Positions 36,440 to 49,289 of a stretch of 64,000 bases of DNA are shown one piece after another; positions within the stretch are counted from its first letter, which is position 1, and every line of letters starts with the position of its first letter. The translations under genes were made by a program, and so were the position numbers. The notes beneath the pieces were generated by a model, which was not told where the DNA came from, did no database searches, and was given only the letters and a program-made list of their open reading frames with translations. The stretch is from NCBI GenBank assembly GCA_965287045.1, contig OZ336875.1:51956001-52020000 (forward strand). Reading direction: 5' to 3'. The DNA is from Carcharhinus amblyrhynchos (lineage: Eukaryota).

Positions 36440-37301
36440 GGATGTGGAGATGCTGGTGTTGGATTGGGGTAATCACAGTAAGAAGTCTGTTGACACCAGG
36501 TTAAAGTCGAGAGTTAAGTTTACTTGGCAGTAAACGCCACTAGCTTTCGGAACACTGTTCTTTCGTCACCTCACGTGAGATGTTGGCATCTATGTCGATG
36601 ATCTGGTATGTCTTGCAGAGGTTGCTGTAGCAGGATTGTGTGGTGTTGTGGTCAGATCATCGACATGGATGCCATCATCCACCAGGTACATGGCACATAC
36701 TCTTGCAACTCGGCCAACGTTGCCTACCTGATACGCTGCAGGAAAGGATGTCCCGAAGCATGATACATTGGGGAGGCCATGCAGACACTACAACAACGGA
36801 TGAAAGAACGCCACTTGACAATCACCAGACAAGACTGTTCCCTTCCTGTTTGCGAACACTTCAGTGGTCACAGGCATTTGGCCTCTGATCTTCAAGTAAA
36901 CATTCTCCAAGGTGACCTTCATGATGTGCAACAGCGCAGAGTTGCTGAGCAGAAACTGATAGCCAAGTTCCGCACTCATGAGGATGGCCTCAACCAGAAT
37001 CTTAGGCTCATGTCATACTGTCTGTAACCCTCATGACTTGCCTGAACTTGCAACGTCTCTTTAACCTATGCTGAATGCTATCCCCACTCACATTGTCTGC
37101 ACCTTTAAGACTTGAATAGCAGATTAGCTGTAAAGACTCGCGTTCTAATCAGTATTCTGTAAACTGTGTGTGCCTTTTATATGCCCCGTTTTTGATCAGA
37201 ACGCTCTACTCACCTGACGAAGGAACAGCATTCCGATAGCTAGTGGTGTTTGCTACCAAATAAACCTGTTGGACTTTAACCTGGTGTTGTGAGACTTCCT
37301 A
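36440..37301 (+). mobile_element. Penelope-like element fragment: GIY-YIG endonuclease C-terminus with inverted terminal repeats
   Basis: YSCNSANVAYLIRCRKGCPEA*YIGEAMQTLQQRM..PVCEHFS..EQKLIAKFRTHEDGLN; 36476-36568 is an inverted copy of the 3' repeat at 37215-37301. Confidence 0.9.
37211..37245 (+). ncRNA. Minimal type I hammerhead ribozyme motif (one core substitution)
   Basis: cac-CTGACGA-a-ggaa-cagca-ttcc-GATA-gc-TA-gtg; the inverted copy at 36538-36568 retains GAAA. Confidence 0.7.
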
Positions 37302-38049
37302 ATGTCTTTCAGACAGCACAGCAGAAGGTCACCTGGCTTGGGGAACCAATGGGAACTGAGAGTTAGTGGTCACCCCAGAGGGTGGAGATCTCTATCAGGC
37401 AGAATACATCCAGAAGCCATGTTATGAGCATGTAAGAACCAGGAGGCACTCTAGGGTTGCCAATCCCTGTACATTGTTTATCTTAAATACCTTTTTGTTC
37501 TGAACAAAGCCTTAAATGTATTTAAGACGTTTTAAGTGCTATGACATAACAATAGGGGACACAAATGCTGGAATTCTACCACCTCGCCTGCTACAGAATT
37601 GGAGCGGACGAGGGGTGGACAACGGAAATGTCCCTTGACCTTGGGCAGGAATTTCTGGTCTTGCTCGAACGAGGCAGTAAAATCCCACCCAAAGTGACAA
37701 GTAAAATGAGAGAAATGTAATCCAAATTGCTCATTGTTTTAGATAAACCTATTGTTTAAACATGCTGAGTTTGCATTGCTGTGACTTTAATACAAAAGCA
37801 AACTACTGCAGGTGCTGGAAATCTGAAATTAAAACAGAAAATGATGTAAATACTCAGCAGCTTGGGCAGTATGGGGGGAGAAGAAATAGTTATTGTTTCA
37901 GGTCTGTCATCTTTCATCAGAACATAGTGGCCAGAATGTTATCACCATGCACTGAATGGAGATTTGGCTGGGTGCCAAATTTTACGACCTCACTGCAGTG
38001 GGAGCATGGTGTGAAAGGCTAGTAAGATGACGCCCAGTGATTTTGGCTA

Positions 38050-38825
38050 AGATAGTGGAACAATGGAAACATTGAATTTTAGCTGCAAAATGTTAGACAA
38101 CCAGAGAGGTTACAGGCTAGCATGTAACGTTCCGTGGTTTATGTTAGGCATGTTACTAGAGGGCTTAAATTGCATCTTTTCTCAGTTTATAAAAAATTGA
38201 TTAAGAATTAAACTCATTGAATGGAATATAAAAGTAGGGATATTTCACTACAGTTGTCCAGGAGTTGGTGTGACAACATTTGGACTACAGTGTACAGTTT
38301 TGGTCTCTTTATTTAAAACTGATGTAAATGGATTAGAAGCGGTTCAGAGGAGGTTCACTGGACTGATACCTGGGATGGAGGGAAGGGGTTATCTTGTGAG
38401 GAAAGGTTGGACAGGATGGTCTTGTATCCACTGGAGTTCAAATGAATGAAAGATGATCATACTGAAATGTATAAGAGCCAAGGAGACTTGACAGGGTAGA
38501 TGCTGAAAGGATGTTTCCCCTTGTGGGTGGGACTAGAACTAGGGGATAAGTGCAGAAATAAGGAGTCTCCCATTTAAGAATTGATGAGGGGCAATTGTTC
38601 TTCTCAGAGGATCATGTCTCTTTGGAATTCTCTTCCTCAGAACGGTGGAAGCAAGGTTACTGAATATTTTTAAGACAGAGATGGATAGATTCTTGACTAA
38701 CAAGGGCTTCAAAGGTTATCGGGTGAGGCAGAATGTGGAGTCACAGCAACAGTCAGATCAGCCATGCTCTTAGTGAATGGAGAGCAGGCTCAAGGAACTG
38801 AATGGCCTTCTGCTGTCCTTAATTT
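38050..38825 (+). mobile_element. CR1 LINE 3' fragment (older subfamily)
   Basis: cagaggaggttcactggactgatacc, ctggagttc, gatcagccatg..gaatggagagcaggctcaagg tail. Confidence 0.8.
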
Positions 38826-38844
38826 GCATGAACTCAGCCCAATA

Positions 38845-40708
38845 GGCTTGTAGAAAGGAGCTTAAGGAAATTAGGAGAGCCAGAAGGGGTCATGAGAAGG
38901 CCTTGGCGGGTAAGGTTAAGGAGAATCCCAAGGCATTCTACAAATATGTGAAGAGTAAAAGGATGAGAAGTGAAGGGATAGGACCTATAAAAGGTGAAGG
39001 GGGAAAAGTCTGTGTGGAAGCGGAAGAAATGGCAGAGGTGCTTAATGAGTACTTTGCCTTGGTACTCACGGTGGAATGTGATCTGGGAGGTTGTACTACA
39101 GGTTTGCAGAGACTGAAAAGATTGAGTATGTGGATGTTAAGAAAGAGGATGTGTTGGAACTTTAAAATTCTGTCAAGATAGACAAGTCGCCGGGACCGGA
39201 TGGGATGTACCTCAAGTTACTGTGGGAGGTGAGGGAAGTGATTGCAGAGCCCCTGGCGATGATCTTTGCATCGTCGATGGAGACGGGAGAGGTTCCAGAG
39301 GATTGCGGATGTGGTTCCTATTTTCAAGAAAGGGAACAGGGATAGCCTGGGAAATTACTGACCGGTGAGTCTGACCTCAGTGGTTGGTAAGTTGACGGAG
39401 GGGATTCTGACGGACAAGATTTATGAGCATTTAGAGAAGTTTAGAATGATCGGAAATGGTCAGCATGGCTTTGCCAAGGGCAGGTCGTGCCTTACGAGCC
39501 TGGTTGAGTTCTTTGAAAATGTGACTGAACACACTGATGAAGGAAGAGCGATGGATGTGGTTTACATGGACTTCAGCAAGGCGTTTGATGAGGTCCCCCA
39601 TGTAAGACTTCTTGAGAAGGTGAGAGGGCACAAGGCTTTGGCCTTGTAGATCCAGAACTGGCTTGCCCGCAGAAGGCAGAGTGGTTGTGGATGGGTCTTT
39701 TTCTACATAGAGGTCGGTCACCAGTGGAGTGCCCCAGGGATCCGTTCTAGGACCCTTGCTGTTTGTCATTTTCATAAATGACCTGGATGAGGAAGTGGAG
39801 GGGTGGGTTAGTAAATTTGCCGATGATACGAAGGTTGGTGTTGTGGATAGTCTGGAGGGATGTCAGAAGTTGCAGTGTGACATAGATAGGATGCAAGACT
39901 GGGCAGAGAAGTGGCAGATGGACTTCAACGCAGATAAATGTGTAGTGGTCCATTTTGGCAGGACCAATGGGATGAAGGAGTACAATATCAAGGGTAGGAG
40001 TCTTAGCTGTGTTGAAGAGCAGGTTCTTGGGATCCGGGTCCATAGGACTCTTAAATCGGCCTCGCAGGTGGAGGATGTGGTCAAAAAGGGGTTTGGAGTA
40101 CTGGCCTTCACTAATCGAGGGATTGCGTTTAGGAGTTGGGAGGTAATGCTGCAACTTTATAAGACCCTTGTCAGGCCCCACTTGGAGTACTGTGCGCAGT
40201 TCTGGTCGCCTCACTACAGGAAGGATGTGGAAGCTAATGAGAGGGTGCAGAGGAGATTTACAAGGATGTTGCCTGGATTGGGAGGCATGCCTTAGGTTGA
40301 GGGAGCTAGGTCTCCTCTCCCTGGAGAGATGAAGGTTGAGAGGTGACCTGATAGAGGTTTATAAGATGTTGAGAGGAATAGATAGGGTGGATTCTCGGAG
40401 GCTATCTCCCAGGGCTGAAATGGTTGCTATGAGAGGACACAGGTTTAAGGTGCTGGGAAGCAAGTACAGAGGAGATGTTAGGGGAAAGTTTTTCACTCAG
40501 AGGGTGGTGAGTGAGTGGAATCGGCTGCCGTCGGTGGTGGTAGAGGTGAACTCACTGGGGTCTTTTAAAAGACTTCTGGATGAGTATATGGGATCTAATG
40601 GCATTGGGAGTTACAGATAGTTCTATGGCTTGGTAGGTATATATGTGATCGGCGCAACTTGTGGGCTGAAGGGCCTGTTTGTGCTGTAGTGTTCTATATT
40701 TTATGTTC
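38845..40708 (+). mobile_element. Relatively young CR1 LINE, RT domain to 3' tail, frameshifted
   Basis: KVKENPKAFYKYV, QHGFAKGRSCLT, DVVYMDFSKAFD, PQGSVLGPLLFVIFINDL, KFADDTK, RPHLEYCAQFWSP. Confidence 0.95.
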
Positions 40709-42659
40709 AGTTCTTTGTCTAGCTGGTTCTGGGATAAGAACAGGATCAGGTGTTTTCTCAGGTTTTGTTAGTTCCTTGCTGAGTGTGAGATACTTACTTA
40801 TTTAGGGGAGTCTAAGGATATACCAATATTTTAGGTCTCTGTATCTGTGGTGCCATGCTGCGGGCTCAAATCTATCTGCAGTCCAGGGGTTTGGCTTACT
40901 GAATGGCTATCCTTGAATTTGACTTGAAGTGACTTGCAACTGAGGAGATGTTGAGCTCTTGTGATTCCACCTGTACCTCAGACGCTCGTATATTGTAACT
41001 GGGTTCTGCAGCAGGTACATTGTCAGGGTTCTGGAGGGAGAGACAGAGATGAAAGTCTTTGTTCCCATGAAGGGACAGATTAGGGGTAACTGCTCTATTA
41101 ATTCACTCTGAAGCTACGTGCTGAAGTAGGAAGTCAGTTGCCAATTTTTATTACTTAGTACAGAATGCAACATTACAAATGCCTGCCTCCTGCCTGACCA
41201 ATCTCAAGTCTCAAAGTCCCTTCTTATACTTTTTTTTGAAACATTGGGAAGACATTCCTTTCTTCCATCCAATTTAAATAGAAAGAGTTTTGACTCAAAA
41301 CTCTAACTCTTTAAACTCCAGTTCTGAAGAAGAATCCTATTTTACTGAACATTAATTCTGTTTCTCGCTCCATAGATGCTGCCAGACAAGTTGTGTTTTT
41401 TTTTTTAAGCGCTTCCCCATCGCCGATGTTTTGCTTTTAGTTGAAACGAGTTTGCTACCTTCCCCCAAATTCCAGACTCGATCCTCTACTGTAATCTCCT
41501 GCAAGGTGCCTTATGTGAATACTCATTCCATTCAGCGTTTCCCTTGTATCTGTCACCTCCAAAGAACTCCATCAGGTTTGCTGAATATGATGTTCCTTTT
41601 AATCATATTGTCCAATTAGAGTTCTAGTAATTTCATCTGTCTAATTAAGATTTCAAAATTTTCTCTACCATGGATGTTGGCTAATTGACCTTTAATTAGC
41701 TTTGTCGTTTTGAGAATTGATATTACATTGGCCATTCACCAATTTTCCTGCAGTTATCCACTCTCAGTGGAACTCTTAAAAGTATTATGGTCAAAGATGA
41801 TGAGGCACTCGCTCATATTTAACTCGTACCGGATCTATTTCGTCACTCTTCACTAGATTTAGCAATGCCTTCCCTTGCAAACGTACAGACATCCTAGCTG
41901 CACACATTTAAAGAATATCATTTTGTATTCACTTCCTCCCTGTCCTAATTTAATTATTCCTTTTTATTTCTCTAATCCATTTACAGATTTCATCATCTAT
42001 TCCCTTTTTTACAGTAGGAAAAATCTCCACTAAAATATAATAATTTTTATATGTAATCTTTAACAAGATTGACTTTATGTATATTGGTGCTCTCACCAGC
42101 ATGGTTTTTTTTTCTTCTCCATTGTTCCTTCTCTCACCTACCCTGACCTTCATTTTAAAAAAAGTTAAATTAGTTTGGTTTCTATTCCTGCCCAGATTGT
42201 GGTAGGGTTTCTTTCTCGTGCTATTAGACTTATACCTTCTTGTGGCCTACTTGCTTCTAATTCTCCATACTGGGCATTACAACATAAGTATTTCTTTTCT
42301 TTCTGGCTATATTTAATGCTCCTGGTTTTTGTTTGTCTTTTTTTATTCAGCCTAATGCCTCATTTCTTTTTGTATTTTCTCGCTTATAACTTGTCAATTT
42401 GATTTCCTCCTCGACTCTCATACGTTCCTTTTTGTGTTCTCTCCATCTTGGAAAATTTGATACCTGTAAACTGATCTTAATTTTAACTATCTTTTCTACC
42501 TGTTCTTTCAGATTGGTTTAAATTACTCATCACATCCTGATTTATCCATTTTGGCTGTACTTCTTTTAGCTCTCTCTTGTTCAGATGTATCCAATAGTTT
42601 GCATCTCTTTCTCAAAAGAAGTACCACTGCTTCCTTTAGTCAAACTCCCTAATCTTCTC

Positions 42660-43010
42660 CATGGCCCAGTTGTTAGCACTGCTGCCTTACAGCATCAGGA
42701 ACCCAGGTTCAATTCCAGTCTTGGGTCACTGTGTGGAGTCTGCACATTCTACCCGTGTCTGTGTGGGTTTCCTCCAGATGCACCAGTTTCCTCCCACTGT
42801 AAAAAGATGTACAGGTTAAATGGATTGGCTGTGATAAATTGCACCTTAGTGTTCCAATATGTGTTGGTTAGGGGGATTAACAGGGTAGATGCACAAGGTT
42901 ATGGGGATGGATGGGAGGTGGGTTTGGGTAAGATGCTCGAGAATCAGTGTAAACTCAGTGGGCTGAATGGCCTCATTCCGCACTGTAGGGATTCTATGGT
43001 TCTCTACTCT
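42660..43010 (+). mobile_element. HE1/V-SINE-like SINE
   Basis: gttagcactgctgcc, ggttcaattcc, gtgtggagtctgcacattct, tail cactgtagggattctatgg. Confidence 0.8.
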
Positions 43011-43199
43011 AGCAACATTTTGCATTTATCCAGGTACTTCCTTGCCTCCTGACAGTCTGCTTAAGCCTGTTTTCTTAACTCCTTCTGTAGGGCTTCAAAC
43101 TTTTCCTTTCTTGACTGTTTAATGGGTGATCTCTGTCCCCTTCCAAAGTCCCTTCCAGGCTTTCTGAAATGTCCATGCCCTTAGATCTAAGAGGCAACA

Positions 43200-43880
43200 A
43201 AGTATCTGGATAAAAGCAAAATTCTGCAGATGCTGGAGAATCTGGCAGTACCTGGAGAGAGAAACAGAAGTATGTTTTGAAACCATATGACTCATCAGAG
43301 CTAAAGAGAGAGATGGATCATGTGCTGTATGAGAGGGCATGGAGCAAAGTGGAAGGTTGATGATGGATGGGAGCTAGGAGAGATTGCAACAAAGATGTTC
43401 AGGCACAAGGCAGTGTAAAGTACTATGGCTGATAGTGACATAAAGGTAAGATAGCAGAATGTATTAATAGGAGAACAAAGATCAGTACTCAGTGAAATCA
43501 AAACTGAATAACAAGTGACAGATGGCCAGTGGATGGGGGTTTGTGTTTGTGTTGGGATAAAGTAGTAACTTCATTGCAGTGCAGTGTTAACGTAAGCCTT
43601 ATTTGTGACTAATAAATAACAAAAAATAGGACTCCAGATGGAGGAGAAAGATCACAATCTAAAGTTAATGAACTCAATATTGGGTTCTGAGGGCTGTGAA
43701 GTGCCTAATCAGGAACTCCTCGGTTTGCATTTGCCTGCACTGGAACATTGCAGCAGGCCTAAGATGGACATATGGATATGAGAGCAAGATGCTGAGTTGA
43801 AATGGCAAGTGATAGGAGGATGGGATCATGCTTTTGGACTGAGTGAAGATGTTCCACAGAATGGTCAGCCAGGCTGCGAT
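43200..43880 (-). mobile_element. Second Penelope-like family fragment (GIY-YIG C-terminus and terminal repeat), degenerate
   Basis: Minus strand reads LADHSVEHLHSVQKHDP (EHLRS-like motif), followed by ctCTGATGAgtc..ctgtttctctctcca..ctgccaga. Confidence 0.6.
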
Positions 43881-45369
43881 CAGTTTTCCCAATATCGGGG
43901 AGACCGTATTGGGGACAGCAAATACAGAATACCTAGGTCTCTCGTTTTGGCTAATAGAGGTGTGAGCACCATCTACAACTTTCGAGTCTCCTTCTGCGTT
44001 CCTAATTTCAGTAGTTTCTCCTCCTTTATTTAAAAGGAACAGTGTTCCGACTACAGTATGCAGTACATTACAAGACCACATTAATCTGTCTGCCAGATTT
44101 GGAGACCTGCATTCACTCACAGTTTCGCTTTGCGAAAAATCACAGTTACGAAGTACACATTTTGCTATTTCCTTGCGATTTGCTTTGGTAACTTCAGCTG
44201 CCTCCCTCCTATACGACCCTGCTCAAAACAGCCACTCGAATACTTCAATTCCATGACAGCTGATTGTCAAACTATTTCTTCATTTTGACCATCTGCCTCT
44301 TGGCTGCTATAGGAAAAGTAAACAATTTTTTTGATTGCTCGATGCAAAAACTAAAATGCTGCCAGGATCTAAAAGGGAGACATGCAATGATTGATAGCAG
44401 CTGAGCGGAAATTGTGGAAACTGAAGAAATAGTTTCACAGTCAGATGTTAAGGAAGTGAAGGAAAGGCATCTGTTGTCTCGCACGCCACTGTTGGTCCAG
44501 TGAGATATCAGTTGATGTACCGGAGTGTGATCAAAGCCTAATAACATAAAAGTTCATATCCTTGTGCTCTGCAATCATGAGAAAAATATTTATTACTAGC
44601 CTGGTTCTGATGTTGAGCCAATACAACTTTCCTCTCAATTGTGTTCTCTCCTTATTATTCCCTTAACTTTGAGCACAGTCCTGTGACATATATGATACCA
44701 ATTAACACAGCAGTCAGATTATCTTTCACCAAAATTTATTTTCTTTGTTTCGTCCTACTGAAGAGTTCATTTTGAATAGTGTTGCATAGCACAAGAGGAA
44801 GCTACTCAGTCCATCAATCTTTATACTTGCTCTCGCTCTCTCTCTCGTGTCACTGGTCTGTTGAGCTGCTTATCAGTTACTACTTTGAATAAAAAGCCCT
44901 CCCGTTCATTCAAAATTTTCAGGGCTGGAAATGGGAGGTGGGCAGACAGCCATGGAACTAGTGTGCCAGGCAGTCCTGGTGTCATTCCCTACCTGCCGGC
45001 TCTTCTTTTCGAGCTGAAAGGTTGCTGATTGACCGTCTAGTTTCGAGCCCACCTGCCAATCTTAATTGAATACTAATCCCACCCACTTGCCAATATTTGA
45101 CTATCCGGGAGAAATTCACCATGGGTGACTACATGGGAGACAGTGAGAGGATCTGACCTCAATTTCAGTCTGATAACAGGCTGCAGAAGCCCATAGGGAA
45201 GATGCTGTCCCCAGTATTTGTCCTTGCAGTTCAGTTTTCTGTCAAATATAAGGATTAAAAACAATTCTAACACCATGATGCAAACTCTGATACAACGTGC
45301 ATTAATAATTGGCATCCTAAATGAATTGAACGTTATATTTTTAAAAATGTTGTACCCTTTATGTAAGCA

Positions 45370-48300
45370 GAATTTAGCCATTGGCCAATATCATAGTGCG
45401 CATTAAAACAAATTCCTTTCCATTTCATCACAGTTAAAAATCCAAAACATTACTTGCCTCCCAGTTAACCTGTCTTATCCCTTAATTGATTCTGACAGAT
45501 TCCACATTGTTGTTTGTAGTAGTTTATTCCCTTTTTACTTCAACCTAATACTAATACTAAAATGGAAATAGGTCCAGTGCAACCTTTGGCATTGCACCAC
45601 GTAGACCATTTGTTTTGAATCATGATGGTTCCACACACAATAGTCCAAATACTAAATTCAGTGAAGTGAAGGGAACCTTTTGTTGTGTTGTTATCTCAGA
45701 TTTTTTTTACATTTGCCTTGTACCTGCATGCTGTCATTTTATGATTCATGTACAAGGACACTCGGATCCCTCTACCACGGTTTCCCCCTATTTAAATAAT
45801 CACCTTTTCTATTTTTCCTGCAAAACAGCCTCATGTTTTGCCAGATTATGCTCCGCCTGTCAGTTGTTTGGCCCACTCATTTAGCCCCTCTACATCATTT
45901 TGTCCCTTGATTTCCTACTATTCTTGGGATGTTTTCTGTCTTCTACTGTGAAAGTGAATATAAAGTACTTGTTCAAGGTCTCTGCCATTTCAATGTTTTT
46001 TATTTATTAATTCTCCACTTTCCCTCTCACGAGACAATGCTTCCTCTTTTTTATCCTCATATACATGTTGAAGTTTTTGCTGTCTGTCTTTTCCTTTCTT
46101 GCTAATTTTTTCTCATACACCAATTTCTCTTTTTTAGTCAGTCTTTGCTGGTAAACTTTTGCAGAATCGTACACCTTTTTCTTTTAATTTGATACCATCC
46201 TTAACTTCCTTAGTTAATTATTGATGGTGCATTTTTCTAGCAAAGTCTTTCTTCCTGAATGCAATATAGCTTTGTTGAGAATTATGAAATATCTCCTTAA
46301 ATGCCTGTCGCTGCTTCTCTACTGTCTTCCTTTTTAGCCTATTTATCCTGTCCACTTTAGTCAACTGTCAAGGGTCTTCTTACCCTTGTAATTGCCTTTG
46401 TTTAAGTTTAAGATACCAGTTGGGTGGCACAGTAGTTAGCACTGCTGCATCATAGCACTTGGAACCTGGGTTCACTTCCCGGCTTGGGTCACTGTCTGTG
46501 AGGAGTCTGCACATTTTCCTCATGTCTGCGTGGGTTTCCTCTGGATGTTCTGGTTTCCGTCCACACTTCGAAAGACGTGCTGGTTAGGTGCACTGGCCAT
46601 GCTAAATTCTCTCTTGGTGTACCAGAACAGGCACTGGAATGTGACAGCTAGACGATTTTCACAATAACTTCATTGCAGTGCTAATATAAGTCTACTTGTG
46701 ACATTAATAAATGAAGTTTATGGACCCATATTTCTTGTTCTTTATGATGAATTTTGCATTCAGTTTATAATCACTCTTGCTTAGAGGATTCTTTACTATG
46801 AAATCTTCAATGAATATTGTTTCATTGTACTGTATATGACACAAAAATTGGTAGTGTGGTAAATAGTGAGGAGCAAAGCCTTAGAGTACAGGGTAATATA
46901 GATGGGCTGGTTAGATGGGCAGAACAGTGGCAAATGGAATTTAACTTTGAAAAGTGAGGTAATGCATTTTGGGAGGACTAACAAGGCAAGGGAATATTTA
47001 ATGAATAGTTGAACTCCAGGAAATACAGAAGGTTAGAGGGAACTTGGTGTGCACGTCCATAGATCTCTGAAGACAACAGGACCGGTAGATAAGTGGTTAA
47101 GAAGGCAAATGGGATACATACATTGAATATAAGAGCAGGGAGATTCTGATGGATCTATATAAAATGCTGGTTAGGCTATAGCTGGAGCACTGTGTGGTCG
47201 CCACACTATAGCAAGGAAGTGATCATGCCAGAGAAGGTACAGAGGAGATTCACCAGGATGTTTCCTGGACTGGAGCATTTCTGCTATCAAGAGGGACTGG
47301 ATAAGCTGGGGTTGTTTTCCTTGGAGCAGAGAAAGCTGAGAGGGGGGAACCTGATTGAAGTGTACAAAATTGAGTATAGATAGGGTGCATAGGAAGGAAC
47401 ATTTCCCTTTAATAGACGTGAGGAAAAGCTTTTTCCCCCAGAGGTGGTGGGAATCTGGAACTCACTCCCTGAAAGGGTGGTAGAGGTGGGAACGTTCACA
47501 ACATGTAAGAAGTATTTAGCACTTGAAATGCCATAGCAAACAAGGCTATGGGCCAAGCATTGGAAAAAGGGAATAGAATAGATTGGTCACACAGACACGA
47601 TGGACCGAAATGCCTCTTTCAGTGCTGTAAAGCTCTATCTCTATGACTTTAACAGGCCCAAAACAGCCTGTACTTTGGTAGGTTCCAGAATGTATTGATC
47701 TAAGAAACTGTTCCAAATACACTTCATGAACTGGTCCTCCATGTTACTTTTGCCAATTTGATTTATGCAATCAATGCAAAGATTAAAATAATCCATGATT
47801 ATTGCAGTACCTTCTTGCAGTCCTTAATATTTTTTGATGTATACTATGTCCCATTGTGTTAGGAGGCCTATAAACTACTCCTGCCAGTGACTTATTTCCC
47901 TTGCTTTTTCCTTACTACCACCAAACTGATTCTATATCTTAACATTTTAAACCACTGTCATTTCTCACTATTGTACTAGCTAATCTTTTTATTAACAAAG
48001 CTACCCAGCCTCCTTTTCCTCCTCCTCCTGAAATATGTCCTAAGGGAATATTCAGATCCCAGCCTTTGTCACCAATTAAGTCTTCGCAACGAATATTATA
48101 CTAATCATTCTGCGTTTTTAATTTGGCTCTAGATGCTTTTATTTTCTATAGCAGAATCTCTTTCTTAGTCTTACTTATGTCTTTGGTACCCACATGGACC
48201 ATTACAATTTAATTATTTTTCTTCCACTCCCCTGGCACTGGGCAGGCCACACAGCCTTCAGGAGAACTGTATCTATCAGCTACAGTTCTCCTCAACTACA

Positions 48301-48780
48301 ACTATTGTCCTCAACTACAACTGACCTTTAATTCAATCACCCTCCCCACCTCCACTTGAATGGACCCCCATGCCATGGTCAATTAGCTCGTTCTCCCTGC
48401 AGTTCTGGCTCTCATTCACTCAAGTTGCAAGAGCCTCAAACCCTGTCAGACAATTGCAAAAGCTATGGGTCCTCTAGTGGATGCCAGTGCCTGTCGTACT
48501 TGTGATCACACCTTCCTGTCAATGATCACAGACCAAATTCAAAGTAACTAGACTATGGCTGCCTCAAGTGTCGAAGTAATTTTCTCCCCCTCCCTGACAC
48601 ATGGCAATGTTGGTAGCTTTGGCTCAGAGTTGATGAACTAGAGTCTATGTTCCTGAAGCTGCAGATATGGTGGTTGTGCATCGGTGTCCACCGGCTTCCA
48701 CGTGCTCCAGGTGCAGTGGATCACCTGCCCTGCCATTTCTACTGTGTTTGACTTAATACATACAATTACAAATGATCATT
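45370..48780 (-). mobile_element. Old antisense CR1 body fragmented by younger insertions (SINE 46423-46715; sense CR1 46835-47648)
   Basis: Decayed antisense CR1 motifs (aagtacttgttcaaggtctctgccattt, ccatgattattgc, ggcctataaactactc); the sense insert encodes WSPHYSKEVI..VQRRFTRMFPGL. Confidence 0.55.
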
Positions 48781-49289
48781 GCATGATATTTCTATCAAAT
48801 ATTATAGTTTAATTAGTTAAGCTACAAATGTGAATACAATACGTCTATCCTACGTATTGCCTCTGTTTTGGACTGAGAAGAAACATAAACTCACCGATCA
48901 CTCACTGATCTGCTCACCTAATTAATGCTTCCAGACTTTAGTTCTCAAATCCTGCTTTTGCTCTTGTGCTCCCTGTCTCTGGTCATTCCAAAAGGTCAGA
49001 ACAGCACCTCCTCTCTCAGTGCTTGCCCCCTTTTGCAGATTCCTAAGCTTTCAGTCTGTCTCGAGCTACACTCTGCGATGAGCTGCTATCTTTGTGCACT
49101 TGGCAACACCACCTGTATTTATTTTTAATTTCTCTGCCAGGTCTGGATTCACAATGCCGCTGCACTTTCAGAGTTGGATTTATTTATTAGCATCCATTGT
49201 TGATTTCATTCAATTGCTATAACAGTCTGTGCTGAATGTCAGCAGCCAGCTTCTGGACATGTCTCAAAGCACTTCCCTGCAAACTACCA

